Shown: positions 1-11,857, numbered from the stretch's first letter. The stretch: DNA of 64,000 nucleotides from an uncultured Verrucomicrobiae bacterium (GCA_963815455.1 CAWFGO010000003.1:352001-416000); one strand, 5' to 3'. Notes: generated from the letters alone by a model not told the origin. Translations and numbers: made by a program.

Positions 1-217
1 CCTTCATCGCCCCATTGCGCGCCGACCAGGATTGTGTTCGCCATAATTGAACTGGGCAAAAAATTTTCCCGATGCATCAGGGAGACGCATTCGGGAGTGC
101 TCGAAACGATAGGACACCCGCCCGCGGCTGCAAGGATGTTTTGCAGCAAAAGACTTGGCGGAAAAAAATACGCGCGAAGACGCATCCAATCCAACAATCA
201 GGCGCGTTAAGTAAGTC

Positions 218-370
218 ATGCGCACAATTCTGCTTATTATCCTCATTCTTCTGTTGATCGGAGCATTCCCGGCTTGGCCGTACAGCGCCAGCTGGGGCTA
301 TTATCCGAGCGGTGGAATAGGTCTCGTGTTGCTGATCGTCCTGATTCTCGCCTTGCTTGGCCGAGTCTAG
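218..370 (+). CDS. DUF3309-family small membrane protein (50 aa)
   Basis: Translated by hand (not in the ORF track): MRTILLIILILLLIGAFPAWPYSASWGYYPSGGIGLVLLIVLILALLGRV. The PxWPYSxxWGYYPSGG motif is typical of DUF3309. Confidence 0.85.
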   Translation: MRTILLIILILLLIGAFPAWPYSASWGYYPSGGIGLVLLIVLILALLGRV

Positions 371-384
371 GCCGAGCGGGAAAT

Positions 385-1590
385 CTAGTTCGCGCGAGCG
401 CCGACGTTCTGCGCGGCGAGTGCCTTCTTCAAATTCCGCGCCGACTGGCTCGAACCGCCGCCGGTCCGAGCGCGGGAATAATTGCGCAATTTATCCCAGC
501 GGATCTTTTCGTCGTAGGTGAATGTGTTCATCGCGATCCGATAATTCCCTCTGCTATTTTCGAGACGCCGGTGCGACGTGATGAATTGGGTGGGATCGCA
601 ATAATTGCTGAAGTCTTTGGCAAACTTATCGCGGCTCATCCCGATGGCGATGTTCTTGCGGATTTCAAAATGCAGGTGCGCATCGTAAAGACCATGGGCA
701 TTGCCGATGGTCGCGATCTGCTGCCCGCGCGACACCGTGTCGCCACGGCGAACAAGAAGCTTCTGACAATGCGCGTAGAGCGAATCGATGTTCCGGATGG
801 TCCCGCCTTCACGATAGGCGTGACGAACAATGGCGACGTTCCCCCAACCCTGATGACAATCCCGGGCAAAAACCACCACGCCGTCGCCGGCACAATACAC
901 CGGATCACCGAGATCCGTGTCCCCGCCGCCTACGCCATCCCAGTCTTCGCCAACATGACTGCGTCCCTGAAATCCGCGCGCCTTGTAATAGCCTTGCGCG
1001 TCCGGCTTACCGATTGGGAAATCAAAGCCGTTCGCCAATTTGGTAAAGGCGGTCGTGCCCCGGATATTAAGCGGTTGGGCCAGGACGCTGTCCGGCTCAC
1101 GACTCTTTTTGCTCGGGGCCGATGAGGCAACGGTTGCGATCGCTGGTTTGCCCGGAGCCACATTCGGCTGGGGCTTGGCTGCGGCCGGTTTCGCGGCAGC
1201 TACCGAAGCGCTAACTGGACTTGTCTGGAAGTTCACCTTGCCCAGCTGTGGCGGCGGTGGCAGTCCCGGCGCGACTGGCGCAGCGGGCGTGGTGCGAACT
1301 TCGACACTGGGCGATTGAGTGGCGACTTTGGGCGCCGGTGGTTTGATCTGCACGATCGGTTCCGATCGACTGGCCGTGGTTTTCGATTCCACTGCCGGCT
1401 GACTTACTGGTCGCACCGGGATTGCTTTCTCGACATGAAATTCTGCCGCGACCTGCTTCGGCGCGACCGCTTCGGCCTTGGGAATTGCCGGCGCCTTTTC
1501 GCGAACAATGATCACTTCCTGCGCCGATAATTGCGCGGCAAGAGCAAAGCCACAGAACACCCCGATAAAAACCTTCGTGGACATGAGCAT
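385..1590 (-). CDS. M23-family metallopeptidase with Pro/Ala-rich linker
   Basis: Signal peptide; HVGED (HxxxD), SLYAH and HLHFEIR (HxH) motifs. Confidence 0.9.
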   Translation of the reverse strand: MLMSTKVFIGVFCGFALAAQLSAQEVIIVREKAPAIPKAEAVAPKQVAAEFHVEKAIPVRPVSQPAVESKTTASRSEPIVQIKPPAPKVATQSPSVEVRTTPAAPVAPGLPPPPQLGKVNFQTSPVSASVAAAKPAAAKPQPNVAPGKPAIATVASSAPSKKSREPDSVLAQPLNIRGTTAFTKLANGFDFPIGKPDAQGYYKARGFQGRSHVGEDWDGVGGGDTDLGDPVYCAGDGVVVFARDCHQGWGNVAIVRHAYREGGTIRNIDSLYAHCQKLLVRRGDTVSRGQQIATIGNAHGLYDAHLHFEIRKNIAIGMSRDKFAKDFSNYCDPTQFITSHRRLENSRGNYRIAMNTFTYDEKIRWDKLRNYSRARTGGGSSQSARNLKKALAAQNVGARAN

Positions 1591-1594
1591 GTCC

Positions 1595-1623
1595 GTTCTA
1601 GAAAAACGCCGGCCTTATGGCAA
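1595..1623 (-). promoter_or_regulatory. Putative sigma70 promoter, leaderless or near-leaderless
   Basis: Minus strand TTGCCA-N17-TAGAAC-N4-ATG; no Shine-Dalgarno. Confidence 0.45.
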
Positions 1624-1689
1624 GCGGTTAATTACAGAAATTTGAAGTTTTTTTAGCTCCCCCCTTTTCATGCGACATCGCCCTACCTG

Positions 1690-1713
1690 ACCGGCCTCAG
1701 GCCAGTGGCTACA
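1690..1713 (-). repeat. GTAG-type REP hairpin directly after the uppP stop
   Basis: Minus strand TGTAGCC-ACTGGCC-TGA-GGCCGGT. Confidence 0.6.
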
Positions 1714-1714
1714 G

Positions 1715-2584
1715 CTAAATCACCCCGCGCCAGAGCAGCGCCAGGAGGACCACACCCACCAGGATTCGGTAAATTGCGAAGGGAGCGAAACCTCGCTGGC
1801 GCACCCAATTCATGAACCAGGCGACGACGCCGAGCGCAACAACAAACGAAATCACGAATCCGATGGCCAGGACCACCCATTGATGACCGGTCATTGCCAG
1901 CGGCGCGAGATCTTCCCCAAGATCGGCGCCATGATGCGGCTTGACCGTTTTCAGAAAATCGTAGCCAGTCGCCACGACCATGGTCGGCATCGACAGGAAA
2001 AAGGAAAACTCCAGCGCAGCCGGGCGCGACATCCCGGCGATTTGCCCCGCGGCAATGGTGGACATCGAACGCGACGTGCCTGGGAAAACCGCGGAAAGAA
2101 TCTGGGCCGCACCGATCCAGACGGCTTGGGGCAAACTCATCTCCTCCATGTGCGTCACCCGCGGCCGGGTAAAAATTGCATCGACAATCCACATCACGAT
2201 TCCGCCGATCAACAGGGCCAGCGCCATGACCCAGAGACTTTCCAGGTTTTTTCCGATCGTTTTTGACAAAACCCACGCCGGAACCGCGGTAACTACAAAA
2301 GCGATCAATGTCAGGCTCAGCGGATGAGTGAGGACAGTACGGTCGCCCCGCTCGCCCCGTGGAAATGTCCCGAGGAATTTCAGGATGCGATTCCAAAAAT
2401 AAACCGGCAACGCCAGGATCGCGCCGAGCTGGATCACGATCGTGTACATCTTCCAAAACCCGTCGTGAAGATCGATATGGAAAAGCGATTCGAAGATGCG
2501 CAGATGCGCCGTTGAGCTGACCGGCAGGAATTCGGTGAGTCCCTCGATGATTCCGAGCAAGATCGACAATAAATAATCGTTCAT
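1715..2584 (-). CDS. uppP: Undecaprenyl-diphosphate phosphatase
   Basis: EGLTEFLPVSSTAH, IQLGAILA and PGTSRS motifs; multi-TM. Confidence 0.95.
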   Translation of the reverse strand: MNDYLLSILLGIIEGLTEFLPVSSTAHLRIFESLFHIDLHDGFWKMYTIVIQLGAILALPVYFWNRILKFLGTFPRGERGDRTVLTHPLSLTLIAFVVTAVPAWVLSKTIGKNLESLWVMALALLIGGIVMWIVDAIFTRPRVTHMEEMSLPQAVWIGAAQILSAVFPGTSRSMSTIAAGQIAGMSRPAALEFSFFLSMPTMVVATGYDFLKTVKPHHGADLGEDLAPLAMTGHQWVVLAIGFVISFVVALGVVAWFMNWVRQRGFAPFAIYRILVGVVLLALLWRGVI

Positions 2585-2600
2585 GCGTTACAGGCTGCTA

Positions 2601-2632
2601 ACTTGTCACTTGTCACTTGTCACTCATCACTT
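2601..2632. repeat. 7-nt tandem array (ACTTGTC)n between glnB and uppP
   Basis: acttgtc acttgtc acttgtc actcatc actt, adjacent to the glnB stop. Confidence 0.8.
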
Positions 2633-2633
2633 C

Positions 2634-3053
<420 letters not shown>

Positions 3054-3066
3054 CTATCGTCACTGG

Positions 3067-3252
3067 ATGCGGCGCGTGGACGCTGAGGCAATTTTTAAAG
3101 CATTGAATGACGCAAATGCCCGCTATCTGGTCGTGGGCGGACTGGCGGTGATTGCGCACGGCCATGTCCGGGCGACGGTCGATGTCGATATTGTGCTGCA
3201 CCTCGAACAAGGCAATGTGCTGCGTGCGATGGAAGCGCGCTTAAAGCGTTGA
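3067..3252 (+). pseudogene. Truncated nucleotidyltransferase-fold protein (N-terminal fragment)
   Basis: YLVVGGLAVIAHGHVRATVDVD (GG..DxD) motif; the ORF stops at 61 aa exactly where a GTTGAA array begins. Confidence 0.65.
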
Positions 3253-3365
3253 AGGGTTGAAGCGTGAAAAGGGGCCGCGATGTTTGGGCGCGGGCACTTA
3301 GTCTGCTATTTTGCCCGCCGTAAATCACCCGGCTCAACTTCTCAACTTCTCAACTCCTCAACTTC
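3248..3365. repeat. Inverted pair of 8-nt tandem arrays (GTTGAA.. / CTCAACTT) ending just before the glf start
   Basis: 3248-3270 gttgaagg gttgaagc gtgaaaa; 3333-3365 ctcaactt ctcaactt ctcaactc ctcaactt. Confidence 0.75.
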
Positions 3366-3369
3366 TTCC

Positions 3370-4488
3370 GTGTCTTCTTCTTTTGATTTCCTGATCGTCG
3401 GCGCGGGCTTCGCCGGCGCGGTTTTGGCGGAGCGGATCGCCAGCCAGCTCGATAAGACCGTTCTCGTTGTTGAACGCCGCAATCATATCGCCGGCAACGC
3501 TTACGATCACTACGATGACGCCGGCGTTCTCGTGCACGATTACGGTCCGCATTATTTCCGGACCAACTCGCCGCGCATTGTCGATTACCTGAGCCAATTC
3601 ACCGACTGGCAACCGGTCGATTACAAAGTGCTTTCCTGGACGCACGGCCGCTTCTGGCAATTCCCGATCAATCTGAACACATTCGAGCAGTTCGTTGGCC
3701 GGCCATCGACCACCGAAGAAATGGAAGCGCAGCTCGCGAAATGGCGGGTCAAGATCGACAATCCGAAAAACTCCGAGGAAATGATCGTCTCCCAGGTCGG
3801 CTGGGAGTTGTACGAAATGTTTTTCAAAAACTACACGCGCAAACAATGGCAGCGCGACGCCAAAGACCTCGATGCCAGCGTTTGCGGACGCATCCCGATC
3901 CGGACCAATCGCGACGATCGTTATTTATCGGAAAATTTTCAGGCCCTGCCCCGCGAGGGTTACACCAGGATGTTCGAGCGGATGCTGGCCAATCCGAAGA
4001 TCGACATCCGCCTCAACACCGATTTTCGAGAAATACGCGAACAAGTGAAATTCAGGCATCTCATCTTCACCGGCCCGATCGACGAGTATTACGATCATTG
4101 CTTTGGCCATTTGCCGTATCGCTCGATCCGATTCGAACCGGAAACCCTTTCCAAAGAATTTTTTCAACCGGCAATGCAGGTGAACTACCCGAACGATCAC
4201 GAATTCACCCGCATTGTCGAAATCAAACACGCCACCGGCCAAAAAATAGGATCGACAACGATCGTGCGCGAATATCCCCAGGAGTTCGGTCCCGGCCGCG
4301 AACCGTATTATCCGATTCCCGCCCCCGATGCGAAAGCGCTGTATGCGAAATACGCCGAGCGCGCCGCGGCGGAAAAGAATGTCAGTTTCGTAGGCCGCCT
4401 CGCCACCTATCGTTATTACAACATGGACCAGGTAGTCGGAATGGCGCTGGCGGAATTTGAGAAGCTGAAGGGGAAGTTGAGTTGTTGA
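3370..4488 (+). CDS. glf: UDP-galactopyranose mutase
   Basis: VGAGFAG, HIAGNAYD, YGPHYF, EPYYP and GRLATYRYYNMDQ motifs; probable GTG start at 3370. Confidence 0.95.
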   Translation: MSSSFDFLIVGAGFAGAVLAERIASQLDKTVLVVERRNHIAGNAYDHYDDAGVLVHDYGPHYFRTNSPRIVDYLSQFTDWQPVDYKVLSWTHGRFWQFPINLNTFEQFVGRPSTTEEMEAQLAKWRVKIDNPKNSEEMIVSQVGWELYEMFFKNYTRKQWQRDAKDLDASVCGRIPIRTNRDDRYLSENFQALPREGYTRMFERMLANPKIDIRLNTDFREIREQVKFRHLIFTGPIDEYYDHCFGHLPYRSIRFEPETLSKEFFQPAMQVNYPNDHEFTRIVEIKHATGQKIGSTTIVREYPQEFGPGREPYYPIPAPDAKALYAKYAERAAAEKNVSFVGRLATYRYYNMDQVVGMALAEFEKLKGKLSC

Positions 4489-4562
4489 GAGGTTGAGTGG
4501 TTGAGAACGTTGGGGAAGACGCATAAGAGAGTTGAGCCGTTGAGAGAGTTGAGGAGTTGAGG
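4476..4562. repeat. 8-nt (GTTGAGNN) tandem array overlapping the glf stop codon
   Basis: About 8 GTTGAG units; complementary to the array at 4965-5001. Confidence 0.85.
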
Positions 4563-4573
4563 GAGACTTGGGA

Positions 4574-4960
4574 ATGAAGACAAAGAACGATTATTCGTTT
4601 GAAAAGTTGCGTGTTTGGCAAGCTGCGAGCGAGTTGGCGAAAGCCGTTTATTTGACGACATCACGGTTTCCGCAGCGCGAGACGTATGGACTGACCAGCC
4701 AGTGCAATCGACAAGCTATTTCCGTATCGGCCAATCTTGCCGAGGGCAGTTCGCGCCAAAGCCGAAAAGAACAGGCACACGTTATGCGGAAATCGCTGCA
4801 CGGATAGTCTGATGGAACTGGCCTGTTTGACTGATCCAGAGCAAAGACGTCGGCATTTTATCTGCTGATGTTGAATCTTCTCTGCGCGCCTCAATCGAAC
4901 AGGTGTCGATCCAACTAAATGCTCTCCATCGCAGTCAGCGCGCCCGGAATATGCTGATCG
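4574..4960 (+). CDS. Four-helix-bundle protein (23S rRNA IVS / TIGR02436-like), frameshifted
   Basis: SFEKLRVWQ...FPQRETYGLTSQ...SVSANLAEG; continues in other frames as SLMELACL...QLNALHRS. End approximate. Confidence 0.85.
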
Positions 4961-6791
4961 CCTACTCATTCTCAACCACTCAACCCCTCGACCTTTCAAC
5001 CTGCCGTCGTCGCTTCCTTTTATCCTGTCTCCTGACGTTGGCATTAGCTCCCAGCCCGCACACGGCGAGAACTCATCGTCGATCAACGCGCACCGGCAGC
5101 ATCCGAACACAACCCGGGCACGCCGAAAAAACCGTTCAAGACAATTTCGGCCGCAGTATCGAAAGTTCGCGCCGGCGATCATGTGATCATCCACGGCGGC
5201 GACTACCGGGAGGCAGTCGTGATTGGCGCAGCAATATCGGGAACAAAGAAGGCACCCATCGTCATCGAAGCCGCTCGTGAAGAGACCGTAGTTATCAAAG
5301 GTTCGGACGTGATCAGCGGCTGGAAACTGGATCGCGATGCAATCTGGAAAGCAAAGATATCCAAATCCGCCTTGCGCTCAAAGACATCGATGATCTGTCG
5401 CGCGAGATCATAAATGAACCCGAGCAGGTGTTCATCCGGGACGGTGTGTTGCTCGATGCCATTCGTCTGCGTCGCGTGACCGCAAGAAATAAACTTCAGC
5501 CCGGCGAGCTTTTTTCTATGACGCCAAAACGTCCATGATTTACCTCTGGTTGCCCGATTCGGCGATCCGAACAAGTGCAAGGTGGAAGTTGCGGTGCGAC
5601 CGGTCTTGCTCAACATCAGGGCAAGCTTTGTCGATTGTTCGCGGTATCCAGATGCGTCACGCGAGTACGCTCGCAGTCGGTCCTGGCCCCGGTTGCGGCC
5701 TCCAAGGCACGGACTCCCGATTCGAAGACTGCGCAATCACCTGGACAGACTGGATCGGAGTCATTCTCAGCGGAAGTACAAACAGTCTTGTCCGGTGCTT
5801 GATCGCCTGCAGCGGCAACTCGGGGATCGACGGTGCCGGGGAAAATCATCTGATCGAAGGATGTCGCGTCCTGTACAACAACATGGATCGGTACAGTCCG
5901 GGCTGGCATTGCGGCGGGGCAAAGTTGATTCCACACTTCAACAAGGGGCGAATCATTGGAAACGAGTTCGCCTACAACATCGGACCCGGCCTTTGGTTGG
6001 ACGAAAGCTGCAACGATAATCGAATCGAAAGAAACTACTGCCATGATAATGAGGGGCCCGGAATCATGGTCGAAGTCTCCGCCGGGAATCTCATTGCAAA
6101 CAACATTTGCGTCGCGAATCGGAATTCGCCGGCCGCGAAGTTCCTGAATCCGGATCCAGAAGCCGAGAAACACGGCCGGCACAATGTTTTTGTTGCCGAA
6201 CTCATCAATGAGAGGACACAGTCCAGCCTTATCTACCAAGGCGGCGGGGGGCTCGGGATTTTCATTTCCTCTTCGCCCGGCTCGCGAGTTTACAATAACA
6301 CCTGTTATCTGAATGAAGGAGGCGGGATCACAGTGGAAGGGCCGACGCGACAGGGTGCAACTGTGCCGATGTCGACTCATGATTGCCGCGTGGCGAACAA
6401 CATCAGCGTTTACAATAAGGGGCCGCAATTGATTCTGCGAAAAAATGGGATCGATGCCGACACGTCTGGAAATTCGTCTGATTACAATCTGCTGCTCGCG
6501 GTCGGTTCGATTCTGGCTAAGAATGGTTGGGCTGGAGAAACCACTTTTTCCATGGCCCATTGGCAACGCCTGACCAATCAGGACGGTCATTCACGCGAAG
6601 GTGATCCGCACTTCGCCATGCCGATCATGGGCGACTTTCGCCTTCTCGAAGGCAGCCCGGCCGTCGGCGCAGGACAACCGGTGCCCGAAATCAAAGCCGA
6701 TATTTTCAATCAGTTACGTTCCGGGAAGAATCCGAGCATCGGTGCCGCTGAAAAGGCCGGATTGGACTATCCTCGACTTCCGTTCCAGTAA
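4951..6791 (+). CDS. Secreted right-handed parallel beta-helix protein (pectate-lyase-like fold), frameshifted
   Basis: Signal-like RRRFLLSCLLTLALA; HGGDYRE; GPGLWLDE..NN beta-helix repeats; C-terminal GDFRLLEGSPAVGAG. Start uncertain. Confidence 0.75.
4965..5001. repeat. 8-nt (CTCAACNN) tandem array closing the four-helix cassette
   Basis: TTCTCAACCACTCAACC (4969-4985) is the exact reverse complement of 4491-4507. Confidence 0.85.
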
Positions 6792-6881
6792 TATCCGATT
6801 CCGTAGAAGCGGGACATGATTCAAGGATTTGCAATTTTTTTGCTTACACGACGCTTCTGCCGTCCCGACGAGTAATCTATA

Positions 6882-8428
6882 ATGGCACGACTGCGTCGAT
6901 TAGTTCATTCGCTTGCATCCGGCTACGCTGTTTTGTTGGCAAACGTCGTCTTCTCGCTGGCCCAGGTCCCGCTGGCATTGAGCTATCTGACCAAGGCGGA
7001 GTTTGGCCTGTGGGCGCTGGCTTTTCAGTTAGGCACATATTTGCAGCTGGTTGACTTTGGGATGTCCATCTCTGTCTCGCGGCTGCTCATAGACTACAAG
7101 CATGAGCCGAATGCCGGCGCTTATGGCAGCATCATAAAAACCGGGTCCCTGGTGCTTATCGTTCAAGGCCTTATCGTATTATTTGGCGGCGTCGCGTTTG
7201 CCTTCGGTTTTTCGCATTGGCTGCACCTGCCTTCGCAACTGCTGCCGACATTTCGACTCCTGATGAGCGGTTTGTGCGCAATGCTCGCCATCACTTTGTT
7301 TACAAAAATCTTCGCGCATATGCTCACGGCTCACCAGCGCTTCGATGTCATTAATTACTCCCAGATGGGATTGTTCGCGATCAACTTTTTCGTTCAATGG
7401 CTATGCTTCTATCTTGGCTTCGGCGTCTTCAGCATACTTTGGGGAAATGCAGCGGGTTGGGTGCTGACTTCGGTAGTGACCGGGGCGGCGTGCACGCAGC
7501 TGAAACTGTTTCCGGCCGCGAAACACTGGGGCAAAGCCACCTGGGATCGATTTCGGGAAATTTTCACATTCGGTAAAGACGTTTTTTGGGTTGCTCTCGG
7601 CTCTCAATTGATTATCGCGAGCCAAACCATCATCGTGACCCGGAGTCTGGGGCTGGATGCTGCGGCAACTTGGAGCGTTTGCACGCGAACCTACACGCTG
7701 GTGGCCATGCTGACCTGGCGAATTTTTGACTACTCTTCCCCGGCGCTGTCCGAAATGATCGTCTTCAAGGAACAAGCGCGCCTTTACAGCCGCCTTAAGT
7801 CGCTGGTCATCGTAAGCGCGTCGCTTGCCGTGCTGGGCGGCGTGATGTTCGCCGTTTACAATCAACCGTTCATAGCGATTTGGACAAAAGGCAAGATTGG
7901 CTGGGCGGCACAAACGACACGCTTCTTGGGTTTTGGCTCGTCCTTTCAACGATCGTGCATTGCCTTTGCGTATTTGTGCTCTCGACCAAACTAGTCGGCT
8001 TTATGCGATACATCTATTTTATCGAAGGCATCGTCTTTGTGATTGTCGGCAGTCTGGTTGCCCGAGTCGGCGGCATGACCGCGATCATAGCGACTTCGAT
8101 TGTTTGCACTTCCTTGTTCACCCTGCCGTATGGCATTTGGCGAACGCGGTCCTATTTTTCAGTATCGACTCGCGAAATGCCATTCGCCTGGGTGATTCCG
8201 CCACTGCGATTATTGCTGGTCCTGGCGCCGATTGGAGCAGCAGTTTGGTATTCGTGCGCGCAGCTAGATCTCAAAACACAGTTAATTGCTGGAATCCCGA
8301 TCCTCGGCTCCGTAGGCACCGTGCTGCTCCTGCGTCTCGGAATACATCGCGAATTGAAAGACGAGATTCGCGATCGGGCACCGGCTTCCTGGAGGCCGGC
8401 CCTGGGTGCGATCATGTCGGTGCGTTAG
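6882..8428 (+). CDS. wzx: Polysaccharide flippase (Wzx/MOP family), frameshifted near 7910
   Basis: Multi-TM; YLTKAEFGLW...DFG motif; two overlapping ORFs (6882-7994 and 7880-8428). Confidence 0.75.
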
Positions 8429-8473
8429 CACATTCAGTTCGCCACGATCGCCAGAGAGAGCGCGAGAATTTCA

Positions 8474-9688
8474 ATGAATTCAGAACTCGAGCAGCATATC
8501 GCGATGCCCCGGACAAATTCGGCGCCCCGGATCGTCTGCTTGAGCAATGTCTACGACCAGCAATATCTCGATTTTCGCGGGGAAGCGGTTCCTCCTTCGC
8601 TTTCTCATCCGAAGCGCCGCAACCTGTTCGAATGCCTTGAAGCTGCGACCGGACTCGAAGTGTTCGTGCTGTCGTCTCCACCAAAGGCTCTTGATCGAAG
8701 AAAGGGCCAATGGCTCCACGCCGTTGAAACCCAATTCTCACATCATCGACAGTTTTTCTGCGCAAACTGGGATGTTCCCAAGCTTCGAATCCCTTTTTCA
8801 TGGATTTCTTATGCGTTTCATGTCCGACGGCACGTGCGCGACGGCGACATCGTTCTGCTCGACAATTACGAATGGCTTTACGTTGTCGCCTCCTGGGTGG
8901 CGCGTATTGGACGCGGACTTCGGTTTGATCCTCGATTATGAGGACGGCAAGCATCTGATCGACAGCGGGGCTTTCTCTGTTGCTTGCGCGCCTTCGCGGA
9001 AGCGCATGGGCCGGCCCCTGCTTGCCGCAGCGCTCGTCGCCGCACCCGCATTGCAGAAGCGATTGCCCTCGTCTCTTCCGGTGGAATTTGTCCCCGGGTT
9101 TTATTGTCCTCCACTCGATAGGGATCGACCTCACTCCGAAGACCGGGCGTCTTGCGCTTCCTCTATTCGGGTTCTCTCGACAAAACGCGAGGAGTCGATC
9201 TCCTTCTCTCGGCTGTTGATCTTCTGCCGCCAGATGGCTGGCAGCCTGGATGTTACCGGCGCAGGCGACTTGCACGAGCAGGTGCGCGAACGCGCCGGCC
9301 GCTCGGGCAACCAGATTATCTTCATGCAACCCTCCCGCCGGATCGGTACGCGCGGCTTGTCGCCGAGTGCGACGTGGGCCTGAATTGCCAGCGCACAAGC
9401 GATCCGATTTCTAACGTCACGTTTCCGTCAAAGATTTTTACCTATCTCGCGGCAGGGCTGGTTGTGCTGAGCAGTCAGGCGAGCGATGTGCCCTCCGTAT
9501 GCGCTGATGCATGCATCTATTATGATGAAGAAACCCCTGCCAGCCTGGCTCAATCCATGCGACAGATGATGGAAAATTTTCCGGCCATTCGCAAAGAAAC
9601 GATGCAAAGATCGACACTCATGGAGAAATACAGTTTTGCAGGAACGGGCAAGAGGCTGCGGGAATCTATTCGAGAAGGCTGGGCTTAG
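8474..9688 (+). CDS. GT4-type glycosyltransferase, frameshifted
   Basis: Segments FLYSGSLDKTRGVDLL and FPSKIFTYLAAGLVVLSS. Confidence 0.8.
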
Positions 9689-9689
9689 A

Positions 9690-10884
9690 TCAGCGAATCG
9701 TCGGCTGAACAGCATCGCGTTCTTCTCGTTTCATGCGGGGCTTAGTACCTTCGTGAAACGGCGCGCGCATTTCATTCTCGCTCGGCTCTCGCCGGACTCT
9801 GGATTTCAGACAAGAACAGCACCGGGATTCCGCCGATGCTTTATCGGCGGTGTTGGCCGTTTCACGTTTGTATTAAGCCGTTCTATCATCTCGCTCCGCA
9901 AATTGTGGTGGAGCGAATGTTGTACGCGTTGTTCCCAATCTGGCGACAATGGTTTCTGCAACAACCTTTTCCCAGATGCAACGTCGTCCACGCCATGGCG
10001 GGTTATGCTACCGAGGCATTTACACAGGCTGAACAAATCGGCGCGCTTAAGGTCATCGACTTTCCGAATAGCCATCCCACCAGCTACTTTGGTTACTGGC
10101 AACGCGAGTGCGACATCTGGTGCCCGGGAGAGAAGGTTCCGATTCCGCGAAGGATGTTCGCACGCATGAACCGTGAGCTGGACCGAGCCGATATGGTCAT
10201 CGTGCAATCGCGCTTCGAGCAAAGATTCCATGGTGGCTAACGGAATTCCGCCGAACAAAGTGTTTGTCAATCCAATGGGCGTAGACACAACGCTTTTTAC
10301 GAAACGCCCAACTATTCCTTCGAAAACGCGCTTTGTTTATGTCGGAACGATCTGTCTTCGCAAAGGACACCAATATCTCTTTCGCGCGTGGGAAATCGTA
10401 AAACGTAAGTTGCCGGACGCTGAGCTTATCTGTGTAGGCCAATATAAGACCGACTTTCGAAAAGAACGGCCCAAATGGGAGAACACGTTCACCTGGATCC
10501 CAAGCTTAACACACGCTGAGCTTGCGGATTTGCTGAGGACTTGCACTGCGTTTGCTTTTCATCGCAGGAGGAAGGCATTGCCCGCGCGCAGATGGAAGCA
10601 TTGCCTGTGGCCTGCCGGTGATCGGCACGCACGAGGGAGGCGCGACTACGCTGGTAGATGATGGTGTTGAAGGTTTCATCGTGCGCGGACGTGAACCGGA
10701 AGATATCGCGGCGGCGATGATTAAGATCGCGTCCGACCGCGAGATGAACAACCGAATGGGGGAAGCGGCTTATCGGAAGGGATCAATCCGAAACTCCTGG
10801 CAGGACTATGGCGATCGGCTCTTACAAGAATACGCCACGCGACTGCGAGCGAGTGAACAAGAAAAACAAAGCGGGTTGCCTTAA
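9690..10884 (+). CDS. GT4 glycosyltransferase, frameshifted
   Basis: VNPMGVDTTLF, FVYVGTICLRKG and ACGLPVIGT motifs across frames. Start approximate. Confidence 0.85.
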
Positions 10885-11627
10885 CTGGGCGTGCCAATAT
10901 CGCGAGATCGGGGCTTGAAAAGAGCGTCGGCAAACGTCATTTCCCGCTGCGAATTTCGTGCCGGATGGTAGATGTTGCAGAGCGCGTAATCACAGCTCGT
11001 TAAATATCCGAGAATTTCGTGAAACCATCCCTGGCCTGCGTATTGGGGATCAAAAATCGCTTCACACTGGATGAGACCCACGCGCTTCTCGCTCAACATT
11101 CGTTGCGCCCCCTTCAGCACGCGCAGATCGAATCCCTGACAATCCGTTTTTAGTAGATCGATTCGTCCGATCTGCTGTTCCGCACAAAATTCATCGAGCG
11201 TCGTCACATTGACCGGAATTTTCTCTCGTGTGGCCATCAGCACACCAATCTCAGTCTTGGCGGCTTGTGTCGCCGTGGGCGGCGACGAGTTCGTCATCGG
11301 CTCCACGTTCGAAAGAAATCGAACGATCCGGATTCGTCCCCAAGCGCGACCTGGCAAAAATGTACGTCGGAAAAATCGGCGGCCACTTCGCCAAAGCCAG
11401 AAACCAGTCCGGATCGGGTTCAAACAATAGATCCTGGCTGCGGGGAAAACGGGTTTTGCGTTTATTAGCGTTTCTCCCCTGTGCGCGCCGGCATCGACAA
11501 TCACCGGACTCGAGCTAGCCCCGATCAAACCAGCAATGTCTTGCCACGGATCCCACCCGAACCGGCGCTTCGAGACAAAGACATGACCAGTAAGGCCGAG
11601 AAGACGCTGCAATAAAGTTTTCAGCAT
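10881..11627 (-). CDS. FkbM-family methyltransferase (local frameshifts)
   Basis: VDAGAHRG, TTLDEF and IDLLKTDCQGFD motifs. Confidence 0.85.
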   Translation of the reverse strand: MLKTLLQRLLGLTGHVFVSKRRFGWDPWQDIAGLIGASSSPVIVDAGAHRGETLINAKPVFPAARIYCLNPIRTGFWLWRSGRRFFRRTFLPGRAWGRIRIVRFLSNVEPMTNSSPPTATQAAKTEIGVLMATREKIPVNVTTLDEFCAEQQIGRIDLLKTDCQGFDLRVLKGAQRMLSEKRVGLIQCEAIFDPQYAGQGWFHEILGYLTSCDYALCNIYHPARNSQREMTFADALFKPRSRDIGTPS

Positions 11628-11857
11628 GTCGCCGCGAATATACTAACGTTGAAGGGTGAGACAGCCTTGTAGCCTGTGTCAAGACGGCCGTTCGTCCCGG
11701 CCGTGATCACCCTGCCTCCAAATCGGCTTTAACTTTGGAAGGCAATCACGGAGCATAAACATCAAGCGCCCGACAATCAGCTAATCCGGGTTCCGAGCAC
11801 GCACCGAAACCAAAGAATGAACAATGCAGGCGTTCGAGATTCGAAAGCCGAGAAGCA

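Noticed and set aside
4574..4960. rRNA intervening sequence or DGR (Avd homologue)
   Set aside because: No rRNA sequence, reverse transcriptase, or template/variable repeat pair in the window.
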